From assembly GCA_049523135.1 (NCBI GenBank), contig JBEKNE010000001.1:82095-146094 (forward strand): a stretch of 64,000 nucleotides of DNA. The letters are read 5' to 3'. A program made the position numbers and the translations under genes. Under the pieces are notes generated by a model. That model saw nothing but the letters and a program-made list of their open reading frames with translations, was not told the DNA's origin and did no database searches. This document shows, piece after piece, positions 8,167 through 17,825 of the stretch (its first letter is position 1; each line of letters begins with the position of its first letter). Source of the DNA: Candidatus Microgenomates bacterium. Its GTDB lineage: Bacteria > Patescibacteriota > Microgenomatia > UBA8517.

Positions 8167-9513
8167 TCAAAATGGGTAAAGACTAATCAGCTCGTTTTCA
8201 TCCAGATTCAAATTGACATTAACCCCATATTTTTTAGGTACTTCCCGGAGTCTTTTGGCACCCAAATAGGGATATCTTTCGTCGTGCCAAAGTGGGACCA
8301 TTTCAGGACACGAAACCTTGATGACCTTGAGACCATACTTTTCAATTTCCGGAATTGTCATATCGACATAAATAACCTCACAACCCAACTTACTTATTTT
8401 TTTAGTTAAATACAAAACTTTTTCATGGTCGGTTTTAAATAATTTTGGCTTGGGTAAGGACACTTTCCTGGCAGAAGCTATAACTTTTTCCACCTCTTTA
8501 ATCATGTGGGGAGAAGACCAAATTAAATGTCTCTTCCATGAAAACCAGTCAAATGAATTCTTTTTTGGTGGTTTTATATTCTTTTCCTGGAAATATAATT
8601 CCCTGCTTGTAGCATAACTCCTGAGAGCCTCAATAGCTGAGGTTTCTATAGAACGTTCAGGTTCTAAACTCGAGCCCAATCCTGCACACACCGCAGGCCC
8701 ACAACCGGTTCTATCCACAAGAATACTGACTACCGAAAACACCCCTGTATCAAGGGTTGTGTCAATGAAATACAATTCAAGCCCATATTTTTTAAATCTG
8801 TTTATAAAATTAAAAACATCCCCGTCCTTTTTTCTAATTACTACTAATTTCTTGGGCATTTCAGGAAGAAATGAAATCATATAACTGTCCCGTTCTATAA
8901 TTTCACATAATCCTCGGGCAATAGCAAAAGAGGTCGTGGGGCCACAGGCTGCCCCTGTGCTTATTGGTTTTCGAATTGTTGGTTCAGAATATTCTTTAGA
9001 GTTATAGGAGGCATAGGCAAGAGATGCTGGTATTAAGACCTCTCTTTTCTTGGTCAGAGAATAACCTTGAAGCCAATTATATCTTTTCTCAGAACTAATT
9101 ATTAAATCCTTATTTTTCTTAATGGAAAGCTGTTTTTTAGAAAAAGCCTCATAACGAATTGGGTTAATAGCCTTATCCTTTAATTTATTGAAACTACCCT
9201 TAATAAACAGGTCTCTTCTCTCGTGCAAAATACAGTAATGTTCGATGGCCTCGAAAATTGCAAAGGAAATTGCCTCAGCTTCGTCTTCGCTACCACCAAA
9301 TCCATGTGATACATTTACTTTATTCTTTCCTGAAGGTCTTTCGCATGCGTAAACATAAAAAAATGGAATGTCATTGGAAAATTTACGCTGTTCAAGTTTG
9401 CCCAATATTTTTTTGGCACGCAAAGATTCATACAACTCTTTTGTTTTTGTAGAAATCGGAAGTTCAGAAAACGGAAAGGTTTTAACTGCAAGGTCATGGG
9501 GAATTTGCATCAT
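8167..9513 (-). CDS. YcaO family protein (cyclodehydratase-type)
   Basis: AIFEAIEHY, STGAACG, GLCEIIERD ATP-binding motifs; C-terminal YPF resembles the Pro-containing tail of azoline-forming YcaOs. Confidence 0.92.
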   Translation of the reverse strand: MMQIPHDLAVKTFPFSELPISTKTKELYESLRAKKILGKLEQRKFSNDIPFFYVYACERPSGKNKVNVSHGFGGSEDEAEAISFAIFEAIEHYCILHERRDLFIKGSFNKLKDKAINPIRYEAFSKKQLSIKKNKDLIISSEKRYNWLQGYSLTKKREVLIPASLAYASYNSKEYSEPTIRKPISTGAACGPTTSFAIARGLCEIIERDSYMISFLPEMPKKLVVIRKKDGDVFNFINRFKKYGLELYFIDTTLDTGVFSVVSILVDRTGCGPAVCAGLGSSLEPERSIETSAIEALRSYATSRELYFQEKNIKPPKKNSFDWFSWKRHLIWSSPHMIKEVEKVIASARKVSLPKPKLFKTDHEKVLYLTKKISKLGCEVIYVDMTIPEIEKYGLKVIKVSCPEMVPLWHDERYPYLGAKRLREVPKKYGVNVNLNLDENELISLYPF

Positions 9514-9744
9514 GAAGCTATTTTAACCTAAACAACAAAATTATCAACACTCCTGACACCTGTATTTAGCACAAAAATTGACACAGTCGTGATAAAATAA
9601 GTTATAACCTGCTCGTGATAAAGCTGCATTTTTGTGGCTGAGATACGGACCAAAAATGAATAGCTTCACCCCGATAGACAGCATCAGACCCACAGTATAC
9701 GAAGTTACAACATGACTCCAATAACACACAACTTTATGCCTGGC

Positions 9745-10111
9745 TGGTGGAGACGGCGGGAATCGAACCCGCGTCCGAAAATACTTCAAACAACACTTCT
9801 ACAAGCTTAGTGAATTTTTATAATTTTCTTAAGGTTTAAGCCAATCCACAGGCGACCAAAAGTAAGATTTATTTGATCTTTCGTTTAAGTCTTTAAATCA
9901 TTAAGACCCAAAACGGCATCTTGACTGGTTTACACCCAGAAAGATTCGGTCAAGAATCAAATCTAACGGATGCTAGACTAGTGCTTTTTAGGCAAAGGCT
10001 AGAGCGTAACCTTGTGAGTTAGCTTTTATTTTTTAACTCTTGTTTTACGAGTACAAGTAAAACTCGGCTTGCAGTATTGTAAAGAGCTTTCCGTCGAGAC
10101 CGATCGTCCCC
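9745..10111 (-). ncRNA. ssrA: tmRNA; predicted tag (A)ANSQGYALAFA*
   Basis: 5' GGGGACG and 3' GGTTCGATTCCCGCCGTCTCCACCA tRNA-like ends (G3-U pair); internal frame GCTAACTCACAAGGTTACGCTCTAGCCTTTGCCTAA; adjacent to smpB. Confidence 0.93.
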
Positions 10112-10114
10112 GAC

Positions 10115-10549
10115 TTAAATCGAACCTTTAAATTCCTTCTCTATGTCTCGGTTTATGTCGTGGCGCTTAAGAGCCTCCTTTTTCTCGAACATGCGTTTAG
10201 GCTTGCCAAGCTCAAGGTAGAGCTTAATTAAGTGACCCTTATTGTACACCCGAAGAGGCACAATTTGCAATTTTTTTTGCTTCATCTTGGTTGTTAAGGA
10301 AAGAATTTCTGCCTTGTGCAAAAGCAGTTTTCTCATCCGGGTTGGATTGTATTTTTGTATACCGGTTGCTGGTATATTCGCATTAATAAAAAATGCCTCA
10401 TCTCCCAAAATTCTGACTGCTGATTGGGAAAGATCGGCTCTTCCTTCGCGAACGGACTTTGCCTCGATTCCCAAAAGGGATATACCGGCTTCTACTCCCT
10501 CGCCGGTAAGTTCATATTCAAATCTCGCTTTTTTATTGAAGATTTTCAC
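10115..10549 (-). CDS. smpB: SsrA-binding protein
   Basis: NKKARFEY..EAGISLLGIEAKS..RKLLLHK..K pattern. Confidence 0.96.
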   Translation of the reverse strand: MKIFNKKARFEYELTGEGVEAGISLLGIEAKSVREGRADLSQSAVRILGDEAFFINANIPATGIQKYNPTRMRKLLLHKAEILSLTTKMKQKKLQIVPLRVYNKGHLIKLYLELGKPKRMFEKKEALKRHDINRDIEKEFKGSI

Positions 10550-10566
10550 CTTATCCTATTTTAACA

Positions 10567-12444
10567 CTAAAGGTTTGGCATCCCGATTGAAAGAAGCTTA
10601 TCACCCGTCAGAAAGATTATTTCTTTTTGCGCTTCGGAGATTACCAAACTCTTTGCTTCAGCAATTTGGTCACCGACATATTGGGCTTTATATTTTCCCG
10701 TTTTATCTACCGCAACAACCCTTTTACCAGCCCTATCCAGTAAATAAATATATTGATTATCCGGATCTGCATAAATTGCATCAATGCTGCCAATTTCAGG
10801 TAGCACTCCTGTTACCGAAAAACTTTGGGGTGAACCCAAACTGTATTTAAGAATTTTTGCGTTCGGATACAAAACATAAATCGCCCCGTCCATTCCCCAA
10901 CTAACCGCGCCGGAAAAATCCGCTTTGGTCGATGCCGAAAGCCAACTTTGCTGAGGGCCGAAAGTATTTTCCACTTGGCCGGAGTAGCGGTAAATTTGGT
11001 TTCCGGCTTTATCCAGCACATACAAATTTCCGGCAAAAGCAGAAAGAAAAGCGTCCCCACTCCAAGTTTTGTCTATCACCTTAGTACTGCCCGAATCAAC
11101 CTCATAAATTCCATCGGAAGACAAAATATAAACATTAGTTTCATAGGAAGCCAAATCCAGAGCTGAGCTAATAACGGTCGGCCCGGCAACAACTTTGCTT
11201 TTTTTGGTATCAAGAGCAACACTTACCACTCTACTGCCCGATTTATCCAATATAAAAACCTGCCCGCCGGAAGAAGAAATACTATCCCCACTAAACCCTG
11301 AGGACAAAAGGCCCAGATCCAAAAACAGGTCCGGAGTTACATCGTATTCCCCGAATATTGCCCCCCGGCTGTCATTAATCTTCTTTTGTAATTCATCTAC
11401 TTTAGGATCATTAACTTTTAACGCTTGAATTTGCTGAAGCTTTTGCTCACTATCCAAAAAGAGTGTTCTTGATTGGTCGGGATTAACGCTTGCTAAACTT
11501 ATTGCTTGATCGACATCGGTTGTTGCTTCCGCCAAAATTTCCTGATATTTATTTTTCAGATCGTTGATATTTTTCTGCCTTATTCCGAAACCAATACTGA
11601 CTGCCAAAATCAGCAAAAGAATAATTCCTGCAGAAAAAGTCAGTTTCCTGCTCTGGGAAATGGCTTCATCCCCCATTCCGCTCCTTATATAAATACTTCT
11701 TCGCGGAATCCTGCGGGAAATTTTACCGATAAAGTCCAAAAACTTTTCTTTATAATTAACACTCTGCATGGTTTCTTGTATTTGTGGTTGAACCGGAGGC
11801 TGAGAGATAGTTACGGGTTCGTTTTTTTCTCCGTTAAAACCGATAACAACCGAGCCTGCCGTACCTTCTTCACCCGTCTCGTGAATAATTTGAATAAAAG
11901 TTTCCGCAGCGCCTTGAAGCGTGCCGGATATTAGTCCCGATTTGACCATCTCCGGGGAAACTTTATCAAAAAAGGCTTTCGTCCCTAAAAGGATTAAATC
12001 TCCTTCCTTCGGATAACCGGAAGCCGCAATAACTTCATCTGCACTTTCCAGAATCGTAGCGAGTGATCCATCCCTACAAACAACAACCCTGGCTCCGCCA
12101 GAAGCTGCCGAATAGACAACTCCCCCAGCGTATGCACAAGCTGCTATTTCTATTTTCCCCCATGGCTGCTCAAATTCGGAGACAACTTTTTGGACAGCAT
12201 TCCGTAAAGAATCATAGGGTTTTTCGGTTAAGGAGCCAAAATATTCATCATGGAGTCTTCCGACAAACTGTCTGCCCAGGGTAATTGTGTCTATTCCCTC
12301 ACCGGCTTTTTTTGTTGCCACCACGACAAAGAGCCGTCCTCTTAGGTGCATCTTTTCCGGATCATCAGGGGCAAACTCATGAACCTGCACCCATCCGGAC
12401 GGCCCAGGAGTAGCCGTCACTTTTGCACTAATCGTTCCCAACAT
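10567..12444 (-). CDS. hypothetical membrane protein (PP2C-like N-domain, TM helix, extracellular beta-propeller-like domain)
   Basis: Central TM helix; repeated LYVLD/YLLD strands; N-terminal phosphatase-like fold (inference). Confidence 0.6.
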   Translation of the reverse strand: MLGTISAKVTATPGPSGWVQVHEFAPDDPEKMHLRGRLFVVVATKKAGEGIDTITLGRQFVGRLHDEYFGSLTEKPYDSLRNAVQKVVSEFEQPWGKIEIAACAYAGGVVYSAASGGARVVVCRDGSLATILESADEVIAASGYPKEGDLILLGTKAFFDKVSPEMVKSGLISGTLQGAAETFIQIIHETGEEGTAGSVVIGFNGEKNEPVTISQPPVQPQIQETMQSVNYKEKFLDFIGKISRRIPRRSIYIRSGMGDEAISQSRKLTFSAGIILLLILAVSIGFGIRQKNINDLKNKYQEILAEATTDVDQAISLASVNPDQSRTLFLDSEQKLQQIQALKVNDPKVDELQKKINDSRGAIFGEYDVTPDLFLDLGLLSSGFSGDSISSSGGQVFILDKSGSRVVSVALDTKKSKVVAGPTVISSALDLASYETNVYILSSDGIYEVDSGSTKVIDKTWSGDAFLSAFAGNLYVLDKAGNQIYRYSGQVENTFGPQQSWLSASTKADFSGAVSWGMDGAIYVLYPNAKILKYSLGSPQSFSVTGVLPEIGSIDAIYADPDNQYIYLLDRAGKRVVAVDKTGKYKAQYVGDQIAEAKSLVISEAQKEIIFLTGDKLLSIGMPNL

Positions 12445-12447
12445 TAT

Positions 12448-12672
12448 TTAGAGTATTACAAGGGCAGTCAAAAACACCAAAATCGCTAAGGCCAAGTGAA
12501 TATAAGATAACATTTTGGCAGAAGTTTCAAAACCTATGTGTAAAGTATCTGTCATCAGCTTCACTTGCCTGATAACCACAAATGCAAAGACAAGATATAT
12601 CCCCAAAAGAACTAATGCAAGTACTTTAATTAAAATCCAAATATTTAAACTATCTGTAAATATATTTACCAT
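12448..12672 (-). CDS. small two-TM membrane protein
   Basis: 74 aa, two hydrophobic helices around IRQVKLM; tight operon spacing. Confidence 0.7.
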   Translation of the reverse strand: MVNIFTDSLNIWILIKVLALVLLGIYLVFAFVVIRQVKLMTDTLHIGFETSAKMLSYIHLALAILVFLTALVIL

Positions 12673-13275
12673 TTATTTCTCTTTGACCATAAAATCATCT
12701 AAAATTTTTGCAACTTTATCGGGATTGGGAACTGATAAAAATCTGAATTCCTGGACATCTGCCGCAGTCTGAATAAAAACATTACCGAAATTAAACATCG
12801 CACCCAAAAAGCCGCTTGATGTATAACTTACATCCTGAATTTTGGTTACTTCAGCATCAGAAACTTTTTTGTTTACTAAATTATGAAAATTAATATCAAC
12901 AATCCTCATTGTTGTAACAAAATAGACATTAAAATACCAGCTCAAAAATCCCTCAAGTGCATACGCACAGGTAAGCAAATACCAAGTTAGGCAGATAATC
13001 AGCGGGTAACCTAAAGGAAATATATTAAAAAAACCAAAAACATTAAGAAGTGTCGGACCTGTTAAAAGAATAACTGAAACAACTATCCACTTTATGTTAA
13101 TAATCGGATGCTGGCGAAGCATCAAAATAATTTTTTCGTTATTTTCCCTTGTTTCAAAATCTATATCTGTGGGGTACAAATTAAATGCAGAAAAGATATT
13201 CCGATGGCCCATGGAAGCGGCCTGAGAATTATTTTTTTGGGAACCGTTATTGGGTGAAACGAATACATCAGGCAT
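12673..13275 (-). CDS. membrane protein with bacterial PH domain
   Basis: LRQHP, two TM helices, YFVTTMRIVD..IQDVSY..FNFGNVFIQTA. Start moved to MPDVF after TATAAT. Confidence 0.75.
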   Translation of the reverse strand: MPDVFVSPNNGSQKNNSQAASMGHRNIFSAFNLYPTDIDFETRENNEKIILMLRQHPIINIKWIVVSVILLTGPTLLNVFGFFNIFPLGYPLIICLTWYLLTCAYALEGFLSWYFNVYFVTTMRIVDINFHNLVNKKVSDAEVTKIQDVSYTSSGFLGAMFNFGNVFIQTAADVQEFRFLSVPNPDKVAKILDDFMVKEK

Positions 13276-13321
13276 CCTAAACCGATTATACCACGCTCTA
13301 TCTCTTTTCGATGTTGGATCG

Positions 13322-15145
13322 TCAATACTTTTCAACATTGTAAAGAGGCCCGACAATTTGAATGTTACTTGGAGCTCTCAAGTTGAAGTAATTTTTAAAA
13401 TCATCGCCGTTTATTGTCTGTCCGTTAACGGTAACCGACGTTGTCCTTCCTATTGAAAAATCGACCGATACGGAAACATCGGTCACACTATCAATTGGCG
13501 CTCCGCCACGGCTTGATAATTCACTTTTTACCTGGTCGGAACTCCAGGTGTCTGTACCCTCAGGATTTGGAGAATCAGTCTGATATAAATGCGATTTTGT
13601 TGAACCGTCTTTTTCCGCAAGTAGTACTGCATTAACTATTTCTGCAAGATCTGTTGCACTAAGCCACGCGGTACTGTTTTGGTCCTTTCGTCCACCCCAA
13701 TCGCAGTAAAACACCGGAGAATCTTTATCATAGGCATTGCTCATAAGGTCCGAAAAACTTCCAACGCTCCCGGAAGGGACATCAACCAGTCTCTTTGTCC
13801 AGGAAGTTGCCGACCAACCTATATCTGCAGATGTGTATTCATATCCGCCGTGAGTTGCCGAAAACCAGGCTTTAATGGGTTGCCCTCCCTGAACCATAAC
13901 AATTCCGTTTGTGGCATTAACTGCATTTTCCCAATTGCCGCCCTTGGGATTGGTTTGAAAAACCTGACAATATTGGTTTGCACAAACGGAGTTTGCACCA
14001 TTCCCTGTAGCCGCCAAAACATAAGACCTGGCCGCAATTGCCTGTGCTTTCAAAGCCGCCGAATCGTTATCCGTCCATGAATCCGGAACTTCATAAATCC
14101 TTTTGACATAATCTTCCAAACTCCCGCTCCAAATTACACTCCCCGTATTTATGCCGTTGCCGTTATTTACTTTAATTGTTATTCCGCTCACGTTCTGATA
14201 ATTGTCAAAATTGTAGTAAGCGTGAAGAATTTGATCATAGCTCTGACCTGCTTTTGCCCTACCCCAAGCGCCGTACTGGTCCATTCCGACTCTATTGGGA
14301 ACTCCAAATGTAAAAAAGGAAAATTCGGGACCGCCAAAGTTTGGGGCTTTATAAGGATTAATATCACTGCTGCATCCGCCATTTAGGTTATAAGCGCTTC
14401 TTGAAAGCCCAAGGCTTGCCAACTTTGCGGCAATGAAGTCCTGCTGGCGTGCGGAAAGAGTAGCCAAGTAATTGTTGGCCTTTGCAACTTCACCTGCTAA
14501 AAAATTCGTTTGAGTTGCCACTTGTTTTTGTACAACGGCGAGGGAAGCTTGGCTTTTTTGTAAAGACGTCTGACTATTTTTCAAATCGGTTATTTCGTTT
14601 ACGTAATTTTCTATTGAGGTAACATCCGCACTTTGGGCCCTTTGACGAAGTATAAGTTCCTGAAAAGCTTCAGAGGCACTGTCCGAAAAAAGGAACGGGG
14701 TGATGGGATCATAAAGACGTAAAAAGGTATAATAATCTCTGGTTTTTTGGTTTAAAACTTCCTGAGTGAAACCGACATCTTCTTCCCTGCTGGAAATATT
14801 GTTTGCGGTTATCGTCAATTGATCCGAAAGAGCTTTTAATCTGCTATTTAAATTATTAAGCTGTGATTGAAGAGCTGATAAATTTTTTTGATTTGTTGCA
14901 TTTGCCGCACCAATCGACGCGGCTATATTTCCGAGAATTTGAGTGCACTCATCCATCTTTCCTTCCTTAACAATTTGAGCTGCATCTTCATTTTGACAAT
15001 CATCGTTTATATCGGCTTTTACCAGCAGAAAATGGGTAAAAGGTAAAAAGTAAAAGGTAAAAGAAGCAACTGTAGTAATTAATAAAATTTTTAAAAATCT
15101 CTTAAATGGAAATTGGAAATTGGAAATTAGAAATTGTTTACTCAT
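13322..15145 (-). CDS. SpoIID/LytB domain protein with N-terminal coiled coil
   Basis: EDYVKRIYEV..ALKAQAIAARSY..CQVF and VGMDQYGAWGRAKAGQSYDQILHAYY; signal/TM at the N-terminus. Start moved to MSKQF. Confidence 0.85.
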   Translation of the reverse strand: MSKQFLISNFQFPFKRFLKILLITTVASFTFYFLPFTHFLLVKADINDDCQNEDAAQIVKEGKMDECTQILGNIAASIGAANATNQKNLSALQSQLNNLNSRLKALSDQLTITANNISSREEDVGFTQEVLNQKTRDYYTFLRLYDPITPFLFSDSASEAFQELILRQRAQSADVTSIENYVNEITDLKNSQTSLQKSQASLAVVQKQVATQTNFLAGEVAKANNYLATLSARQQDFIAAKLASLGLSRSAYNLNGGCSSDINPYKAPNFGGPEFSFFTFGVPNRVGMDQYGAWGRAKAGQSYDQILHAYYNFDNYQNVSGITIKVNNGNGINTGSVIWSGSLEDYVKRIYEVPDSWTDNDSAALKAQAIAARSYVLAATGNGANSVCANQYCQVFQTNPKGGNWENAVNATNGIVMVQGGQPIKAWFSATHGGYEYTSADIGWSATSWTKRLVDVPSGSVGSFSDLMSNAYDKDSPVFYCDWGGRKDQNSTAWLSATDLAEIVNAVLLAEKDGSTKSHLYQTDSPNPEGTDTWSSDQVKSELSSRGGAPIDSVTDVSVSVDFSIGRTTSVTVNGQTINGDDFKNYFNLRAPSNIQIVGPLYNVEKY

Positions 15146-15228
15146 GGTAAATTTATTATACCAACATTCAAGAACGTCAGACTCGGCCGCTTCTTTCTCT
15201 TTTTCCCCAATTGCATTAAAATAATGGA

Positions 15229-15969
15229 GTGATGAAGAAAACACTAATTGTTGTTTTTTTAATTTCATTGTTTTCAAGTCTTATTTTGTTTTTCCCCAAA
15301 AAAACTCTAGCTCAGGATTGTGGAGAAATAGGACAAGCTTGCTGTAGTCCTGGGTTCCTTTGTAACAAAGGTTCTATTTGCGATATCGCGAATCACACCT
15401 ATTCATGTATTAAATCCAATTTGTCGACAACGTGCGGAACTGAGGGATTACCCTGCTGTGCCGGATCAAAATCATGTGACACCAACAACCTAACTTGTGA
15501 TCCTTTTTATACATGTGTCTCTGCCACATCAACACCGTTTCCATCAGATTGTGGGGAATTTCAGCAAGCCTGTTGTTCGCCAGATTTTACTTGCGACGAG
15601 AACAACGGTCTGACTTGTGATATTGCCAACCACACTTATTCATGTATTAAAACCACCAACAATTCGAGCATTCTCACTACCTGCGGAATTCAAACAGCAA
15701 TTGGTTGCATTCCCATTTCAGATTCGGGGAGTTTGTTATCGTTTATTTTAAAATGGGCAATCGGAATTGGCGGTGGAATTGCGTTCCTCCTAATGCTCTA
15801 CGCAGGATTTATGATCATGACCGCTTCCGGAGATCCTGAACGACTTAAAGCAGGTCAGGAACTTTTAACGTCTGCTATTGCAGGACTCATTCTTTTAATA
15901 TTCTCAATCTTTATACTTAAATTTATTGGAATTGATATACTGGGGTTAGGTAGTTTTGGTTTTCCATAA
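15229..15969 (+). CDS. TrbC/VirB2-like pilin with N-terminal Cys-rich repeats (pilin 1)
   Basis: Signal peptide, three Cys-rich modules, C-terminal YAGFMIMTASGDPERLKAGQELLTSAIAGL pilin motif. Confidence 0.8.
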   Translation: MMKKTLIVVFLISLFSSLILFFPKKTLAQDCGEIGQACCSPGFLCNKGSICDIANHTYSCIKSNLSTTCGTEGLPCCAGSKSCDTNNLTCDPFYTCVSATSTPFPSDCGEFQQACCSPDFTCDENNGLTCDIANHTYSCIKTTNNSSILTTCGIQTAIGCIPISDSGSLLSFILKWAIGIGGGIAFLLMLYAGFMIMTASGDPERLKAGQELLTSAIAGLILLIFSIFILKFIGIDILGLGSFGFP

Positions 15970-15974
15970 TAAAC

Positions 15975-16358
15975 ATGCTATCGGATCTTTTTAGTCAAAT
16001 TCAAGCGTCTGCTCTTCCTAATTCTCATTTCGGCGGAAATTCAACAATTGGAGATTTTGTTAAAAACTCGGGAATATTAAATTACGTTTTTGGCGCTGCT
16101 GGAATTGCACTACTTATCTATTTAATTTTAGGGGGCTTTCAGATGATGTTATCGCGCGGAGATCCTAAGGCAATGCAAGGCGCACAAGCAAAAATTACAA
16201 ACGCTTTAATTGGATTTGTGATTATTATTATTGCTTTTTTCATTGTCCAACTCCTTGGACAACTTCTGGGTATCCAAAACACAATATTCGGACAAATTTT
16301 TTCAATCTCTACTAAAAATAATAGTGGCTACCAAAATCCGCCACTTACCCCACAATAA
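15975..16358 (+). CDS. TrbC/VirB2-like pilin (pilin 2)
   Basis: GGFQMMLSRGDPKAMQGAQAKITNALIG between two hydrophobic helices. Confidence 0.85.
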   Translation: MLSDLFSQIQASALPNSHFGGNSTIGDFVKNSGILNYVFGAAGIALLIYLILGGFQMMLSRGDPKAMQGAQAKITNALIGFVIIIIAFFIVQLLGQLLGIQNTIFGQIFSISTKNNSGYQNPPLTPQ

Positions 16359-16404
16359 ATAATGTATATTTGCGGTTTTTCTAAAGTTAAAATACAATAG
16401 CATT

Positions 16405-16740
16405 GTGAACAATTTGGCATTAAGTATAGGTAACACATTCTTCGGGGGTTCAAATACCTTTGGTGGTGGAACTTCAGGAAGTTCATTAAACGGTATCGGC
16501 AGTCTTGTTTCCTTGTTTCTAAATATCGCTTTTGTCGTAGCCAGCATAATTCTTCTTTTCTTCTTTATCCTTGGGGGAATTGGAATGATCATTTCTGCTG
16601 GTCAGGACGATCCTCAAAAAGTGGAGCAATCTAAAAAAACAATTACTTCCGCTATAATCGGCTTTGTTATTGTATTTGTATCCTATTGGATAGTAAAATT
16701 AGTAGCTCAGCTCTTAGGAATATCGAACTTAATTTTTTAA
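16405..16740 (+). CDS. TrbC/VirB2-like pilin (pilin 3)
   Basis: GGIGMIISAGQDDPQKVEQSKKTITSAIIG. Confidence 0.85.
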   Translation: MNNLALSIGNTFFGGSNTFGGGTSGSSLNGIGSLVSLFLNIAFVVASIILLFFFILGGIGMIISAGQDDPQKVEQSKKTITSAIIGFVIVFVSYWIVKLVAQLLGISNLIF

Positions 16741-16741
16741 T

Positions 16742-17104
16742 ATGTTAAATCTTTTGGCACAAGATAATCCATTTGGAACAATCAATGCTCCTACAAGCTC
16801 ACTAAGTAATTCTAGTGATGCCGGTCAAGCAATAGGTAAAATAATCCAATATGCTATTTGGATCTTGATCGTTGGCGCCGGAATTTATGCACTTTTCAAT
16901 TTCATAATTGCCGGTTATGACTTTATGTCCGCAGGAGATGATCCTAAAAAGGTTGCGGGGGCTTGGGCAAAAATCTGGCAAACAGCTCTTGGGCTTGCGG
17001 TTGCAGCCGGCGCTTTGGTTTTGGCAGGAATATTCGGACAATTAATATTTGGTAACGCAACTTATATTCTTAATCCATCAATAACACCATTACAATTACA
17101 ATGA
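16742..17104 (+). CDS. TrbC/VirB2-like pilin (pilin 4)
   Basis: AGYDFMSAGDDPKKVAGAWAKIWQTALG. Confidence 0.85.
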   Translation: MLNLLAQDNPFGTINAPTSSLSNSSDAGQAIGKIIQYAIWILIVGAGIYALFNFIIAGYDFMSAGDDPKKVAGAWAKIWQTALGLAVAAGALVLAGIFGQLIFGNATYILNPSITPLQLQ

Positions 17105-17466
17105 ATAAACTCTTGGCAATATCACTAGCTCCAAATGGCAACGGTTTTACTGGTATAGGAACCAGTCCACTTGCAAACCCCGGCGGTAATTCTGTTAGCA
17201 TTTTCTCAAATTTTCTATCTACCATAGTCGGTGTTATGACAATTGTCGCCGTAATTTGGGCTGTTTTTACTATAATCACAGGAGCCATTGCAATTATCGG
17301 TTCCGGTGGAGATAAGCAGGCACTCGAAAGCGCAAGAAAAAGAATAACAACAGGAATTATTGGATTGATAATTGTTATAATCGCGCTTTTTATAGTCGAA
17401 ATTGTAGGTCACATTCTCGGAATTGAAAATATATTGAATATTCAACAGCTTTTAAATTTAAAATGA
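17101..17466 (+). CDS. TrbC/VirB2-like pilin (pilin 5)
   Basis: GAIAIIGSGGDKQALESARKRITTGIIG. Confidence 0.85.
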   Translation: MNKLLAISLAPNGNGFTGIGTSPLANPGGNSVSIFSNFLSTIVGVMTIVAVIWAVFTIITGAIAIIGSGGDKQALESARKRITTGIIGLIIVIIALFIVEIVGHILGIENILNIQQLLNLK

Positions 17467-17774
17467 TTACAAACCCTGTTCTTAATCAAACTAATACTAA
17501 CGGTGTAAGTTTTTTACAAAATGCTGTTCCAGCTGCAATCGGCATGGCATTTCTGGCAGGGGCCATAATATTTTTTTTCATGCTAATTTTTGGCGCGATT
17601 AAATGGATTTCGTCGGGTGGAGATAAGCAGGCACTCGAAAGCGCAAGAGGAACAATAACCAGTGCATTAATCGGAGTGTTTATCCTTTTTGCCGTATTTG
17701 CAATAATCCAGCTTATCAATACTTTCTTCGGACTTCATATTTTGAATCTCACAATACCTACCCTAAAACAATGA
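17463..17774 (+). CDS. TrbC/VirB2-like pilin (pilin 6)
   Basis: GAIKWISSGGDKQALESARGTITSALIG. Confidence 0.85.
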   Translation: MITNPVLNQTNTNGVSFLQNAVPAAIGMAFLAGAIIFFFMLIFGAIKWISSGGDKQALESARGTITSALIGVFILFAVFAIIQLINTFFGLHILNLTIPTLKQ

Positions 17775-17825
17775 AATTAATACTGACTCTTGACATCAAT
17801 AAGCCAGTAATTCAATAATGTACAT

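Noticed and set aside
9544-9789. 81-aa ORF upstream of ycaO as a possible precursor
   Set aside because: It starts inside tmRNA (RVRFPPSPP is the T arm/acceptor) and has no leader/core pattern.
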